Source: Selaginella moellendorffii
Taxonomy: Eukaryota; Plantae; Lycopodiophyta
Length of the DNA stretch: 64,000 bases
NCBI RefSeq assembly: GCF_000143415.4
Contig: NW_003314384.1
Location: 186,001-250,000 of the forward strand
Direction: 5' to 3'
Each line of letters starts with the position of its first letter. The stretch's first letter is position 1. The notes under the pieces are model-generated. The model searched no databases and was not told where the DNA came from. It worked only from the letters and a program-made list of their open reading frames with translations. Made by a program: the position numbers and the translations under genes. Shown here one piece after another: positions 47,776 to 61,706 of the stretch.

Positions 47776-50700
47776 TGTGAGGGCCAAGTGTACGGCTACG
47801 ATGCCGTATACTAATATTAGCGTAGTGGATTTTGGTAGCCGTTGGATTGGTTTCAATCCGGACCACTCGCTCCTGTATATAAGCTAGGGTTTTTGGGTTA
47901 ATTGATATGCACATTTCTGTATTCCCTTTCCATATTCCATGCACTCACATTGGTGGAGTTGAGGGGCACTTTTGATTGTCCCTGGGGAGTGCTTGGATTT
48001 GGGATTTCGGTTTAGATCTAGCTTTTGCATTGTCTAGATCTAGCTTTTTCCATTTCCTTTCTTTTGTTCTTTCCTTTCAGGATTTTGGTTTAGATCTAGC
48101 TTTTTGCATTGTCTAGATCTACCATTTCTTTCCAGCTTTTTGTCATTTCTCTTCTTTTGCTCTTTCTTTCTCATTCATTTTCATGGCCGATCCGCAATCT
48201 CCTCCTTTGACTCTAGAGCAGCAGTTGGTTCAATTGCTTGATGCTATGTGCCTGCATTTGAACAACCAAACTCAGTTGATGGCGGCGTTCACGGCACATG
48301 GTACAACTCCTCCTGCTTTTGGTGCCAATCCTCGCGTTCGGCCGGAGTTCTTTCGTGGGAATCTTGGGGATGATGTGTACCATTGGTTCGATCACTTCAC
48401 GGTGATTGCCACATATCATTCTTGGGATGATGCTCGACGTTTGCATGAGTTCCCCACATGTCTTCAAGGGACGGCATTGTAGTGGTACAATGGATTGAGC
48501 GCAGCTACTCGTGGCGATTGGAGTGTTCTTCCGGACGTCTTCAAACGCGCCTTCGGACACGCCGACGATTGTGATGATGCCTTCCAACAATTGCATCGTC
48601 TTCGCCAAGGGCCATCTGAGTCGGTGATGCAATTTGGCGTTCGTTTCCGAAGTCTTTTGCTTCGTGCGGAGCCAAATATGTCGGAGCGGATCAAGCTAGG
48701 AATGCTGTGGCCAGCACTTCGTCAAGATCTTGTCGGACTTGTGCATGCACTTGCTCCTGCCACTCTTGACGATGCTCTTCGCTTGGCACAACGTTATGAG
48801 ACGTCGCCTCTTCCACTTCTTGCTACACGTCCTTCAGCTCCACTTCCTATGAGTGATGGTCCTGTTCCCATGGAGGTTGATGCTGCTGCTACTCGAGTCC
48901 AAGGACAAGGGCGAGGACGTGGTCGTGGCCGTGACATTCGTTGCTGGGCGTGTGATGAAGTTGGTCATACTTATCGGCGTTGTCGGCGCTTTCCGGATTG
49001 GCGACCTCCATTTCCTGGGTGGAGACCTTGGCGCCAGCAACGTCCCGTTGGTGCTGCTGCGGTGGAAGGTTTGGATACCGAGGTGCATTCGGGAAACGAG
49101 GAGTCGCGCGAGTAATGGAGGGACCTTGCGCGAATAAGTTAGTGACCCCTCCATCTTTCTTTCGGGAGTATCATCAAGGGGTTCACTCGGCACCGGTTCA
49201 TCCAGTGTTTACTTTCCAAGCTCGTTTTTATAACAAGAGGTCTCCTATTCTTCTCTCCGTGTTGGTTGATACAGGTTCGAGTTTATCTTCTATTGCTCGA
49301 CCTGTTGCCACACGTTGTCGTCTACACTTGCGTCGTGCGGCGGATCCAGTTTTCATTCTTTATGGCAACGACCGTACACATGCATGTGCACGAGATGAGG
49401 CGGACCTGGTTGTGCGTGTGGGCGATCTTGAGCTTGAGTTGCAGTCGTTGCGGGTGGTGCCGAGTCAAGCTTTTGACCTCATTCTTGGTATGGATTGGTT
49501 GCAGCACAATCATGCCAAGTGTGACTTTGAGGCTTTTCCCCCTTGTCTCATACTTCCTTATGTTTCATCCATTCCTCTCACTTCTGTACCTCTTCGTCCC
49601 TCTACTTCTACCTCTGCTTCCATTACTTTTGTTCCCCCATTATTTCCTCTTGTGTTTCCATCTTGTTCTGCTCTTCCCTTTTCCGATCCCTCCGATGATC
49701 TTTGTGTTGCAGTTGTTGACCAGCTCATGAAGGAGTATTCTGATCTCTTTGAATTTGACATATCGTCTGGGGCCAAGATTGCCACACGTCATCCCATTCC
49801 AACCGGGGATGCTCGTCCAATCAAGGTTCCTGTTCGTCGTCGGTCACCCAAGGAGATCAAGATTTTACGTGCAAACGTCAAGGAGATGTTGGAGAAGGGT
49901 GTTATTCGGAAGTCGCGGAGTCCTTGGGCATGTGAACCTCATCTTGTGACGAAGCCTGATGGGAGTATTCGTTTCTGCATCGACTATCGTCCGTTAAATG
50001 AAGTGACGATCCTGGACGTGTACCCTCTTCCTCACACTGCTGATCTCTTGGATCGTCTAGGGCGAAGTCGTTGGTTCACCAAGCTAGATCTTGCTTCTGG
50101 GTATTGGCAAGTACCAATGGCTGAAGACGATATTCCTAAGACTGCTTTTCGTACACCATTTGGTTTGTATGAGTTTTTGGTGATGCCGTTTGGTTTGAAC
50201 AATGCTCCAGCAACTTTTCAGCGAATGATGGACGAGGTTCTTTGCGATATGTCGGAGGTGACAGCTGACTTCATTGATGATGTCTTGATCCACTCGGAGG
50301 GGACGTGGGAGGAGCATGTTCATGATGTTTGTAAAGTGTTGGATCGGCTACGCGACGTTGGTTTAAAGCTGAAGCGGTCGAAGTGCGTGTTTGGGTCCAA
50401 GGACACAACTTATCTTGGGTACCGTATTTCTCGTGAGGGTTTGCAAGTTGATCCTGACAAACTTGTGGCTGTTCTAAAGTTCCCTACTCCGAAGTGTGTG
50501 AATGATGTGCAGCGCTTTTTGGGTAAGGTGCAGTATCTCGGTCGTTTTGTGGATCATCTTTCCGATCGCACTTTACCATTGCGAGCGTTGCTGAAGTCAT
50601 CAACGTCATCTTTCATCTGGTCTCCCGATTGTGAGCGGGCGTTCGTGAATCTCAAAGAGCTATTGACGACTCCTCCGGTTTTGGCATATCTTGACTACAC

Positions 50701-52785
50701 TCGACCTTTTATTTTGCGCGTGGATGCTTCTGACATTGGTCTTGGAGGTGTGTTGATGCAAGAGAGCTCGAGTGTGCCTGGTCAGCGCCATCCCATTGCA
50801 TACATAAGCCGTACATTACAACCAGCGGAGATGAACTACTCCACGATGGAGAAGGAGTGTTTAGCAGCAGTCTGGGGTTTCGAGAAACTTCATGCCTATC
50901 TACATGGTTCTCGGACGTTACTTGAAGGTGACCATGCTGCTGTTACTTCATTATTGAAGCGGAAGAACTTGGTTGGTCGTACGGCTCGATGGGCTTTGAA
51001 GCTTCAGATATATGATTTCGATGTTGTTCATCGCCCAGGGAGTTCTATGGCTGATGCTGATGCCCTTTCTCGAGCTCCTCTTCCTTCTCCACTCACTTCT
51101 CATGTTTCTGACGAACCTGTTGTTCCAGCATCTGTGGATTTTCTAGATGAGGATTCTGTGCCATCGGCGGTTGCTGTCCTTGACGTTCAGTGTCCACAGG
51201 GCGTAGAGCAAGATCTACCTTCTCTGGATGAGGTTCGCGAGGCTCAAAAGATTGAGCCGTGGATTCGAAGGCTTCGAGATGGGTTTGAGAATCCTGCATC
51301 ACTTGCTGATGACTTGCCTTTTCGGCATTTACATTCTCAATATCGCCTTGAAGATGGCCTTCTTTATTTTGTGGGGACGGATCCTGATGCTCATTTACGG
51401 CTGGTGGTGCCTTCGGTGTTTATTCCGCGGTTTCTCCATGCCTACCATGATTCTCCTATTCTAGGTGGGCATATGGGACACCGTCGTGTCACCGAGAAGT
51501 TGCGCAGATCTTTCTATTGGCCAGAGATGCGACGTGATATTATCCGGTATGTGCGTAGCTGCGTTTGGTGCTAAGCTCGTAATACTCCCCCTTGTGCTGC
51601 GGAAGGACGGTTGGAGTCAATTGCAGTTTCTCGTCCATTTGAGTTGGTGGCGTTTGATCTTATGGGACCTTTTCCGCGATCGACTGCTAGCAATGAGTAT
51701 GTTATTATTGCTTCTGACTACTTGACTCGTTGGGTGGAAGTTGGTGCTCTTGCTAGTGCCTCTGCAACTGCTGTTGGATACTTCCTCCTCAATCGAGTGG
51801 TGTTCCAGCATTCTTGTCCAGAACGGATTCTTTCGGATAATGGTCCTGCATTTATGGCTGAGGTATTTCATGTTTTGACATCTCGGTTGGGGATACGCCA
51901 CACTTTTACGAGTGCTTATCATCCACAATCAGACGGTCTGGTGGAACGGCTCGTTCGGACATTCAAAGGGATGATTGCGAAGTATGTGAACTTTCAACAT
52001 TCGGATTGGGATGGTTATTTGCCGTCTCTTCGGTATGCTTATGTCACAAGGGTGCAGAGTTCTATTGGTGCTTCACCATATAAACTTCTATATGGTCATG
52101 ATCCAATATTACCAACAGAGCTAGGTTTACCTTCAAGTATGCCACGAGCTCCTGATGCTAGGTCATGGGATCAATATTTGACAAGCATTCTTCCACTTGT
52201 CCGAGCAGAGTCTGCTGAACACTTAGGCCGCGTACAAGTGGGACAACAACGGCGCTACAATTCCCATCATCGTCCACCAGCGGAGTACAAAGTGGATGAT
52301 TTGGTGTTAGTCCGTTTTCCCCATCTTACGGTACGTGGTTTATCTAAGGGGCTCCTTGCGCAGTGGAAAGGACCGTATCGGGTGTTGCGGCAAGTTGGAC
52401 CACAAGTTTATGAGGTTCGGCATGACGTTCAGCAGGCTGATCCTCCGGAGATTGTGCATGTGCAGCGGTTAAAACGCTTCATACAGAGGGATCAGGAGCA
52501 GTTAATACCGTCTACAGATCCACCGATGCCTCCTCCTGACGTTCCTCCAGATCCCGGCCCATCTACAAGAGAACCCTGACGGCCTTCCATTATTCCGAGA
52601 GGAGGGGATGATGTGAGGGCCAAGTGTACGGCTACGATGCCGTATACTAATATTAGCGTAGTGGATTTTGGTAGCCATTGGATTGGTTTTAATCCGGACC
52701 ACTCGCTCCTGTATATAAGCTAGGGTTTTTGGGTTAATTGATATGCACATTTCTGTATTCCCTTTCCATATTCCATGCACTCACA
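47776..52785 (+). mobile_element. Full-length, youngest copy C of the 174-bp-LTR Gypsy family
   Basis: LTRs 47776-47949 and 52612-52785 (2 differences); TSD AATA; gag 48183-49115 and pol to 52579, interrupted only by two C>T nonsense changes (48480, 51572). Confidence 0.96.
49091..49154 (+). promoter_or_regulatory. Predicted -1 ribosomal frameshift signal (slippery heptamer + pseudoknot)
   Basis: G GGA AAC in the gag frame; 6-nt spacer; stem 1 49104-49112/49125-49133; stem 2 49115-49122/49147-49154. Pol is in the -1 frame. The same signal is in copy A (36859-36796, minus). Confidence 0.85.
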
Positions 52786-52915
52786 AATATAGTTTAAATG
52801 GATTATTATTATACTCTTTGATTGAATTTTTATTAATTTTAATTCCAAAATTATAGAGGAGGGTATGGATAATGTTTAATATACTATATATGTGTGATTG
52901 TAAAGCTTGTATGTG

Positions 52916-52970
<55 letters not shown>

Positions 52971-52988
52971 ATATATATATATATATAT
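52916..52988. repeat. Compound microsatellite (TATC)n(TA)n
   Basis: Directly visible. Confidence 0.97.
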
Positions 52989-54625
52989 GCTTTATTTATG
53001 ACATTTTAGTGATATTTTGATGTTATTCTAATATTTTCAAAATCTTAAAAGGAACATGACTATCATGTTTAACTTGTTCTTCAATTGGTAATATAGCTTC
53101 TTTTACAAAGTTTAAAAATTGTTCTTATTATTATGATTCAATAAATTTTTTTGAGTTATATTATTTCATCACGTATTATTATATGATTTTTTTATAAGAT
53201 TTTCACTATTTTGGAAGGGTAACACCCAATTTTATTTGCTGAATTTCTATTAACAATTTATTTAGAATTTTTTAATTCACTTTTAAATTCTAATTCTAAT
53301 AAAAATGTCTTTATTATTTTGTTTTTTAGTTTTTAGACTTTTACTAACATTTTAAAGTTGTACTTTTCTTAGTTTTCTCGCATTTGGACAATATAAAAAA
53401 GTGAAGTGTAACAATTTAAAATAATTCTTCTGTAAATAAATTTAAAATTCAATCAAATTAACATTCATTATATTATGATATTAGAGTTATAAATGATCCA
53501 GTAGATGTTTTTCTAGTTTGATTGAAAGTAGAATTTATTTGATTAAGTTAAGTTTTTTACTATATAGGTTAGGGCAAAATTTTACATGTTTATTTTTTTC
53601 CACAGAAAGAAGAAGTACTAAACCTTTTTTAAAGTATATAACAACCAGAAACTCATATAATTACAACCTTATCACCATTGCCACTAATTGACTTTTGTGC
53701 ATTGGTTTGTTTCATCCAATGTGCCATAGACTCTGCTTTGATGGTTTTGGGCCACAAGCATGGGTTTAACTTGAGTAAGGTGTATGTTTGAACCTTTCAT
53801 TTTCTCATTCCATCTTTAATGTTGTATTAGGCTTTGAAGGAAGTTCAAAGAGATAAAGTCCCACTCTTGGTTCGTTGCAATGAAGAAAAAGCTGAGATGG
53901 TTGACGTTGTTGTAATGCACAGCCTGAGTTGATTTCATTGACGTGCTTCTCTATCAGCAAAAAGGATGCAAACATCAAGGCTATGGTAAAGCAGATTCTT
54001 GGGGTATGTCTCTCTAGGTTGTTGCAATTGCAAAACTTGTGGTGAGAGCAGGAGTCGTCAAGTTCCTTGGCTTGATCTCTCCTTTGGTCTAGAAAATAGT
54101 GAGTGTGCATAGCTTATTTCCAGTCTCTATCGTCCAGGTGGGAATTCATACAATGTCTCTCAACTTGATCCTTAACTTTCAAATGTCTCCTCTGGCAGAT
54201 CAATCTTTCCACTGGCTTCATGCCGCAAATTCCTCCTTCAAGTCTCATGGCATTGGTCTTATTTCCAGTGGCGACATATGGAAGGTAAACACACTTGATT
54301 CGTATCCCATCAAGATCGTGGGAGCTGGGAGTGCTTTGCAACTGGAAATGAAGTTTTTCACGAAACAACAGCGAAAATCTTTGCTAAAGAAGATTCTCCC
54401 CATGCACAAAGTTTCTACTTTAATCAGGATGCTCCATTCTTTTAACGTAAAAAAAATCGAGGAAAGAAATGGAAGAGAGGAAAAGAAGAGGAAGCCAGCC
54501 TTCCATTGCCGCGTCTTTCAACATCCCCTCGCCATTCCGCGCTGACCGACGGCTGGCAGTCACTGGGGTTGGAATCCTAGGGCACGCCACATTCCGTCTA
54601 GCTTTGAAATAGCTCCAATAGAAAC

Positions 54626-56364
54626 ATGTCCTCTTCGCCCAGCAGAGTAGCCGCGCTTGGAAGATTTGGGGCCGCCAGCGCCGCGACAACAATGAAGAAA
54701 ATCTCCCCCGCTATGCCGCCATCGCCCAAGAAGTGGAGATGGGGAGGAGCATCGCTCTCGTCGCCCAGGATTGGATCGTTTCTTCTCGTCTTCTTGGTGC
54801 TCTCCCTCCTCGCCCTCAATCTGGAGACCATCTTCCCCTTCTACTATCAATCAGGTGGGTCGATCGATCGCTCTTCCTCTCTGTGTTGCGCTGACCATGG
54901 GCGATGCTAGCAGATGATGATGTCAGCTCGAGAGTGGAGCTCCACCGCGATTTGCAATGGCCCAGCGCCAGCTACTTCACAATGGAGCACCACCAGCGCG
55001 ATCGTGGCAGTCGCCACAACCATCACCGTCGCGAGCTCAAGAATCCATACCAGGAAGAGGAGCGAAGCAGCGGGCACAGCGTGCTCTTGCCCGGGAAGTT
55101 GGGGGGGACTGGCGATGAGATCTTCCTGTGCGATCGCTCCCATCCTCGCTCGGATGTGTGCTACCTCAAGGGCGATGTCCGGATGGACTCGCGCTCCTCG
55201 TCCTTCGTGCTCGTGGCCAAGAACGCGAGCACGCGGCTTGGCGAGGAGAGAATCAAGCCATACACGAGGAAGTGGGAGCAGAGCTGTATGGACATCGTTC
55301 ACGAGGTGAGAGTCCGCGCGGTTCCATCGCCATCGCCCCAAGAAGACGATCAACACGAAGAAGAGCACAGACAAGGCGAAGAACACGAGGGGGCCGAGCG
55401 GAGATGCGATGTCTACCACTCTGTTCCAGCGGTGGTGTTCACCACCGGCGGCTACACCGGCAATGTGTACCACGAATTCCACGATGGATTGATCCCGCTC
55501 TACATCACATCCCAGCACCTCAATCGCGAGGTGGTGTTCGTGGGAGTGGAGCTCCACAACTGGTGGCTCACCAAGTACGGCGACGTGATCGCCCAGATGA
55601 GCAATCACCCCGTCATCGACTTCGATCGCGACGAGCGCATCCACTGCTTCCCGGAGGTGACAGTCGGCCTCCACATCCACGACGAGATGGCCATCGAGCC
55701 ATCGCTCATGCCGGGCAACCAGACCATCGTGGATTTCCGCAACCTCCTCGACGCCGCGTATCAAGAGGAGCTCGATGGGCAGGCTCAAGCTCCGGAGCCA
55801 CCGCCACCATCGCCAGCGTCTTCGATCGGCCAGCCCAGGCTGACAATCATCGCCAGGAACGACACGCGCGTCATCCTCAACCTGGACGAGATCGTGGGCA
55901 TGGCTCGCGAGCTGGGCTTCTGGGTGGAGATTCGCAAGCCCGATCGGACCAGCGAGCTCAAGAGGATCTACCGCGCACTGAATTCCAGCGATGTTCTGCT
56001 GGGCGTCCACGGCGCCGCCATGACGCACTTCCTCTTCATGCGCCCTGGATCGGTGTTCATCCAGGTGGTGCCGCTGGGAACCAAGTGGGCCGCCGCCGCC
56101 TACTACGGCCAGCCCGCGCAGAAGCTCGGCCTCGACTACATCGGCTACGAGATCGACGCCAGCGAGAGCTCGCTGAGCGACAGGTATGACGAGAACGACA
56201 CGGTTCTCACCGATCCGGCCAAGATCAGCACGCAGGGATGGGCCGTCGTCAAGGAGATCTACTTGGAGGGCCAGAATGTGAGGCTCTCTTTGCCGCGATT
56301 CAAGAGGACTTTGCTGGATGCCCGGAGGAAAGCCATGGCCTTTCGGCTGCGACAAAGGTGGTGA
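54626..56364 (+). CDS. Glycosyltransferase family 61 (DUF563), type II membrane protein
   Basis: Exons 54626-54854 and 54914-56364 (phase-consistent 59-nt intron); N-terminal TM segment. Motifs CDRSH.RSDVC, IKPYTRKWE, FTTGGYTGNVYHEF.DG, GVHGAAMT.FLF, QVVPLG, YLEGQNVRL. Confidence 0.93.
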
Positions 56365-57522
56365 GCAAAGCAGCGAGAGTGAGTGAGTGAGATTCTTTCC
56401 CATACTTTTTTTCTCTTCCCGAGGAGTATGAATCGCGTTTCGCGTGGTGTACAGTATAGGCAGTCATGATTTTTTTTTTCCGTGACCTCTCTTGCAAAGA
56501 CAAGAGAGCACACACCACACTTCACACCAATCAAGCCAATTGCTAGAACAGAAACGAACGCTTGTTCGAGTTTGGTTGTTCTTGCGTGTTGGACGAATCT
56601 CGCGTTTCGTTTTCGTTGTACAGAACAGAAGCGATGGAGAGAAACACGGCTTTGCTTCACTGTATCCGCCTGGATTCCTCTTTCTCGCTCACATGCTACG
56701 AATCCTCGATTACGCATGAGAAATCAAGGCTTGCGGTACAATCCAAACCGAACAGCTCTGGCCAGACTTTGCAGCACCTCCAACAACGAATGAAAAAGGT
56801 CAAAGAAAACAAACAAAAACCAGAAACTTACAGAACTGAGGATAGGAAATTCCCGGGAGCAACAAGCCGACAAGGAGAGATGGCTCCCCACCACTGGCTC
56901 GGCTTCGTTCGTTGCTGCCAAAGCCTTGGGCTCTCCCTCGTTCTGTCTCCTTGTCCGAGTGCCACATCTCCGGTAATCTCGCTGCTTTGACCTTCATTGC
57001 TCGCTCCACGTAAAGCAAGAGCTGTTTGTTTAGCTGATGCATCCTCTGATGCACTGCTGCTGCACGACCGATGCATTGATTGAGTGATCCGTTTAAACTG
57101 GATCCGAGAAGTCATCTGGGCACACATGAGCACATTAAACTAGCAGCCTTTTAAAAGGAGGATAAGTTCTCGCAAAAGGAAAGGAGGGAGGGAGCTTACT
57201 TTTTTTACTTTGCAGCGCGGAGCATCCGAGAAGAAAAGCAGCGGCTGAATGGACGAATGACCCGAAACTCTGGCGAGAGCCATGTTCTATCGTCTCGTGG
57301 GGCTGCTGTAAAGTTCAGTCGGAAAGGGATATGAAAATCTCGAGGAATTAATTTCAGAAGTTGCTTACTTGAAGCACGTGGTCAACGTGCTAACCAGAAA
57401 AACGCGGCCTCGGAGGAAGAATCACACTCACAAGTGGTCAACCTTCGTGCAAAAGCAACGTCGTTCTTCTTCTCATTACAAACAGATTGAAGAACATCTG
57501 CAAGAGCGCACAAGGAAATAGC

Positions 57523-58948
<1,426 letters not shown>

Positions 58949-58974
58949 CCCTACAAAGGCATCGAAATGCCCTA

Positions 58975-58987
58975 AAACCCTAAACCC
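58975..58987. promoter_or_regulatory. Telo-box (AAACCCTA) just upstream of the UMP kinase ATG
   Basis: AAACCCTAAACCC 27 bp from the start codon; another TAGGGTTT at ~61892 precedes the ORF at 61914. Confidence 0.5.
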
Positions 58988-59020
58988 GTGAGAAAGAAGA
59001 AGATATTTTAATCTAGAACC

Positions 59021-61531
59021 CTAGGAGCGTCTATGTCGAATCACATTGGAGAGAAGAACATAGGGGGCGGAATTCGCAGGATCTAGCGCTGCTGCTATGG
59101 AGGCCGATTGCTCAGCAATGCCTCGATCCGAGTGGGTTGTGGAGGCACTGAGCAAACTCGTCCAATCCATGGAATCCGGCACGAATGGCATGGTGTTCAT
59201 GAGCTCCTCTGCCTGTCGGAGCCTCCCACACCGCCCGAGAAGATCGATCACGCAGCCATAGTGCTCGCTGGTGGCCGCGATCTGGAATTCGCCCACCATG
59301 TCCACGAAGCAATCGCGAGATCGAGCCAGGAGCCCCGAGTGAGTCAAGGAATTGAGCAAGCAAACAAACGTCGTCCCGTCGGGATCCACTCCCAGCTGTG
59401 CCATCTCCGTGAAGAACAGCAGTGCTTGGTTGTGGCGATGGCGATCATGCCCGGTCTGGGCGTACGCTCCAAGCATGGAATTCCACGCTGCGAGGCTCAC
59501 ACCCTTCTTCGCCATGGAATCAAACACGGCTCGAGCATCGCTCAGGCACCCGGCCTTGGCGAACATATGGATCATCGCCACTCCAATCCATTCGTAGCAA
59601 TCCATCTCTTCCATGTAGCAGCTAGAGATGAATCTGTAGAGTTTGTAAGCGTGAGTGGAGCTCTGGCACGATCCGGCAAGCGTAGCCATCACGGTCTCGT
59701 TGGGCCGCATTCCCTCGATCTCCATGCACCGCACAAGCCTAATCGATTCCTCCAAATGCCCTTGCTGGGCAAATCCAGAAACAATGGCGTTCCAGGCGAC
59801 AAGATCTCTTTCTCGAATCCCCTGGAACACTTCCAGTGCTTTCTCCACTGCGCCCAATCTGGAGTACATGCTAACTATCGCGGTGGCCACGACGATATCG
59901 CGATCGAAGCCACAAGCCACAGCTCGATCGTGGAGCTGGGTGCCCGCTTGTAGATCCTCGCAAGCTCCCAGCAAGCTGATGAAGCTCACTTCGTCAGCTC
60001 TCACTCCTTGGCAATCCATCCTCGGGAGAACTCCCATGGCTTCCCGGGGGCAATCGTTCTGTGCTAGTGCTCCAGCCATGGCATTCCACGCGCTCACCTC
60101 CTCTGTTCTTCCGACGAGCTTGATCTTCGCAAAGCTGGATCGCGCATCGTCGGTGCTGCCGCAGCTGCCATACATGTTCACGAGAAGAGTTCCAACCACG
60201 AGATCGCTTTCTAGCTCGAGAGCTGCGATCCAGCGATGGATTTCTCGACCATCTTCCAAGCTCTCGAGCTCGCTACACGCTTCCACCAGATTGATCAGCG
60301 TCACCTTGTTGGGCTTCATCGCGCTGCGTTTCATCCTCTTGAAGAGATCCAGCGCTTCCATCGCCCGACCATGCTGGACGTACTGCGTGAGCATCGCATT
60401 GTAGGTCGCCAGTCCTGGATCACGCAAACGATCGAAAACCTCCACGGCACGATCGAGCTCTCCAGATCGCCCATGCATGCTTAGCAGCGCGCTTCCAACG
60501 ACTGGATTGTCCTGGTAGCCGGAATCCATCACTCGATCATGGAGAAGCTCCCTGTCTCTGGGCGATTCATCGTTTAACCCGCAAGCGCCCAGCACGAGAA
60601 CGAAGGTCACGTCCACGAATCTCACGCCCTCGAGATCCATGGCCCGCGAGAGCTCCATTGCTCGCTGGAACTCCCCACACTGAGAGAAAGACCCGATCAT
60701 CGCATTCCACGATATCACATCCTTGATATCCATGGAGGAGAAGATCGCCCAGGATCTCTCGCTGCTACCACAGTTCCCATACATGGTTATCAGCGAGTTC
60801 ATGGTGGCGAGATCAGTGTCGAGACCGATGCCTCGAGCTCGCTCGTGGATGTTCTTGGCGACGTCGAGATCCATGCACACGGCCGCAAAGCCAAGGAGGG
60901 TGGCGGAGGTCTCTCGGACGCCTTCCAGCTGCATCATCCGGAAGAATCCCAGCGCCAGAGAGAAATCCCCGTGCTGCGCTGCCGCCGCGATCATGGCATT
61001 GAAGCAAACGCCGTCTCGAGCTCGCATCCTCTGGAACACTCGCGTCGCGGCCTCGAGGCTCCCACACTTGGAGTACGTGTTGACGAGCGCGGTGCCCAGC
61101 ACCACCTCGGTTTCCAGCGCCATCTCCGAGCACGAGTCGACGATCCTCTGGTGCACGGCTTCCAGCTCCGCGAGATCTCCCAGACCGGCACAAGCGGTGA
61201 GGACGTTGATGAAAGTTATCCTCGAGGGTGGACAACGCATCTCCCAGAAGAGAACAATGGCCTCCTTGTAATGCCCGTTCTGGGCATACGCAGCGATCAT
61301 GATGTTCCACGAGAAAACATTTGTTCTTTCCATAGCATCAAATGTGGACTTTGCGTCGGCAATGCTCCCACACTTGCCATACATCTGGAGCACCAAATTC
61401 ATGAGAAATATGTCTTGACAAGTGTGTTGAGCGAGCATGATCTTTTGGTGAATGGATCTACCTTGCGGAAGTGACCCCGCATCTCGACACTGGCGCAGGG
61501 TCGTCGCGTAAGAGCTCCTCACGGCCTCCAT
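59021..61531 (-). CDS. PLS-class PPR protein (P-L-S triplets) with E domain, no DYW
   Basis: 836-aa intronless ORF; LV.MY.KCGS, WNAMI..Y.Q.G and M.LEGV.P..VTF motifs; ends HYGCVIDLLGRCGRL.QAEEL..MPF.PD...YVLLSNV. Confidence 0.95.
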   Translation of the reverse strand: MEAVRSSYATTLRQCRDAGSLPQGRSIHQKIMLAQHTCQDIFLMNLVLQMYGKCGSIADAKSTFDAMERTNVFSWNIMIAAYAQNGHYKEAIVLFWEMRCPPSRITFINVLTACAGLGDLAELEAVHQRIVDSCSEMALETEVVLGTALVNTYSKCGSLEAATRVFQRMRARDGVCFNAMIAAAAQHGDFSLALGFFRMMQLEGVRETSATLLGFAAVCMDLDVAKNIHERARGIGLDTDLATMNSLITMYGNCGSSERSWAIFSSMDIKDVISWNAMIGSFSQCGEFQRAMELSRAMDLEGVRFVDVTFVLVLGACGLNDESPRDRELLHDRVMDSGYQDNPVVGSALLSMHGRSGELDRAVEVFDRLRDPGLATYNAMLTQYVQHGRAMEALDLFKRMKRSAMKPNKVTLINLVEACSELESLEDGREIHRWIAALELESDLVVGTLLVNMYGSCGSTDDARSSFAKIKLVGRTEEVSAWNAMAGALAQNDCPREAMGVLPRMDCQGVRADEVSFISLLGACEDLQAGTQLHDRAVACGFDRDIVVATAIVSMYSRLGAVEKALEVFQGIRERDLVAWNAIVSGFAQQGHLEESIRLVRCMEIEGMRPNETVMATLAGSCQSSTHAYKLYRFISSCYMEEMDCYEWIGVAMIHMFAKAGCLSDARAVFDSMAKKGVSLAAWNSMLGAYAQTGHDRHRHNQALLFFTEMAQLGVDPDGTTFVCLLNSLTHSGLLARSRDCFVDMVGEFQIAATSEHYGCVIDLLGRCGRLRQAEELMNTMPFVPDSMDWTSLLSASTTHSDRGIAEQSASIAAALDPANSAPYVLLSNVIRHRRS

Positions 61532-61625
61532 ATACTCCTATAGCAATCCATAGATTTCCCAAAACATTTGCAAATGTGATCCAAGAAGAACGGGCCCAAA
61601 AAAGCTTTGATTTGACAAACAGTAG

Positions 61626-61706
61626 ATGCTAGTGGAGCAGCAGCGGCAGCCCCTTAGATCATGCAACACTTCCAAAGACCCCCGCCGCCAAGGGGAAGCA
61701 CAAATC
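61626..61706 (+). pseudogene. Relic of a PPR N-terminus
   Basis: LRSCNTSKD (AGATCATGCAACACTTCCAAAGACC) matches the start of the PPR at 28745 (LRSCNTSKDL). Confidence 0.5.

Noticed and set aside
53700-54370. Possible PPR relic on the minus strand
   Set aside because: Only faint motifs (MRLEG..KP, KFCNCNNLE); too degenerate to support.
54907-56403. 498-aa antisense ORF, and similar antisense ORFs over ACOAT, PPRs and pol
   Set aside because: Shadow frames of GC-rich coding sequence with no independent motifs.
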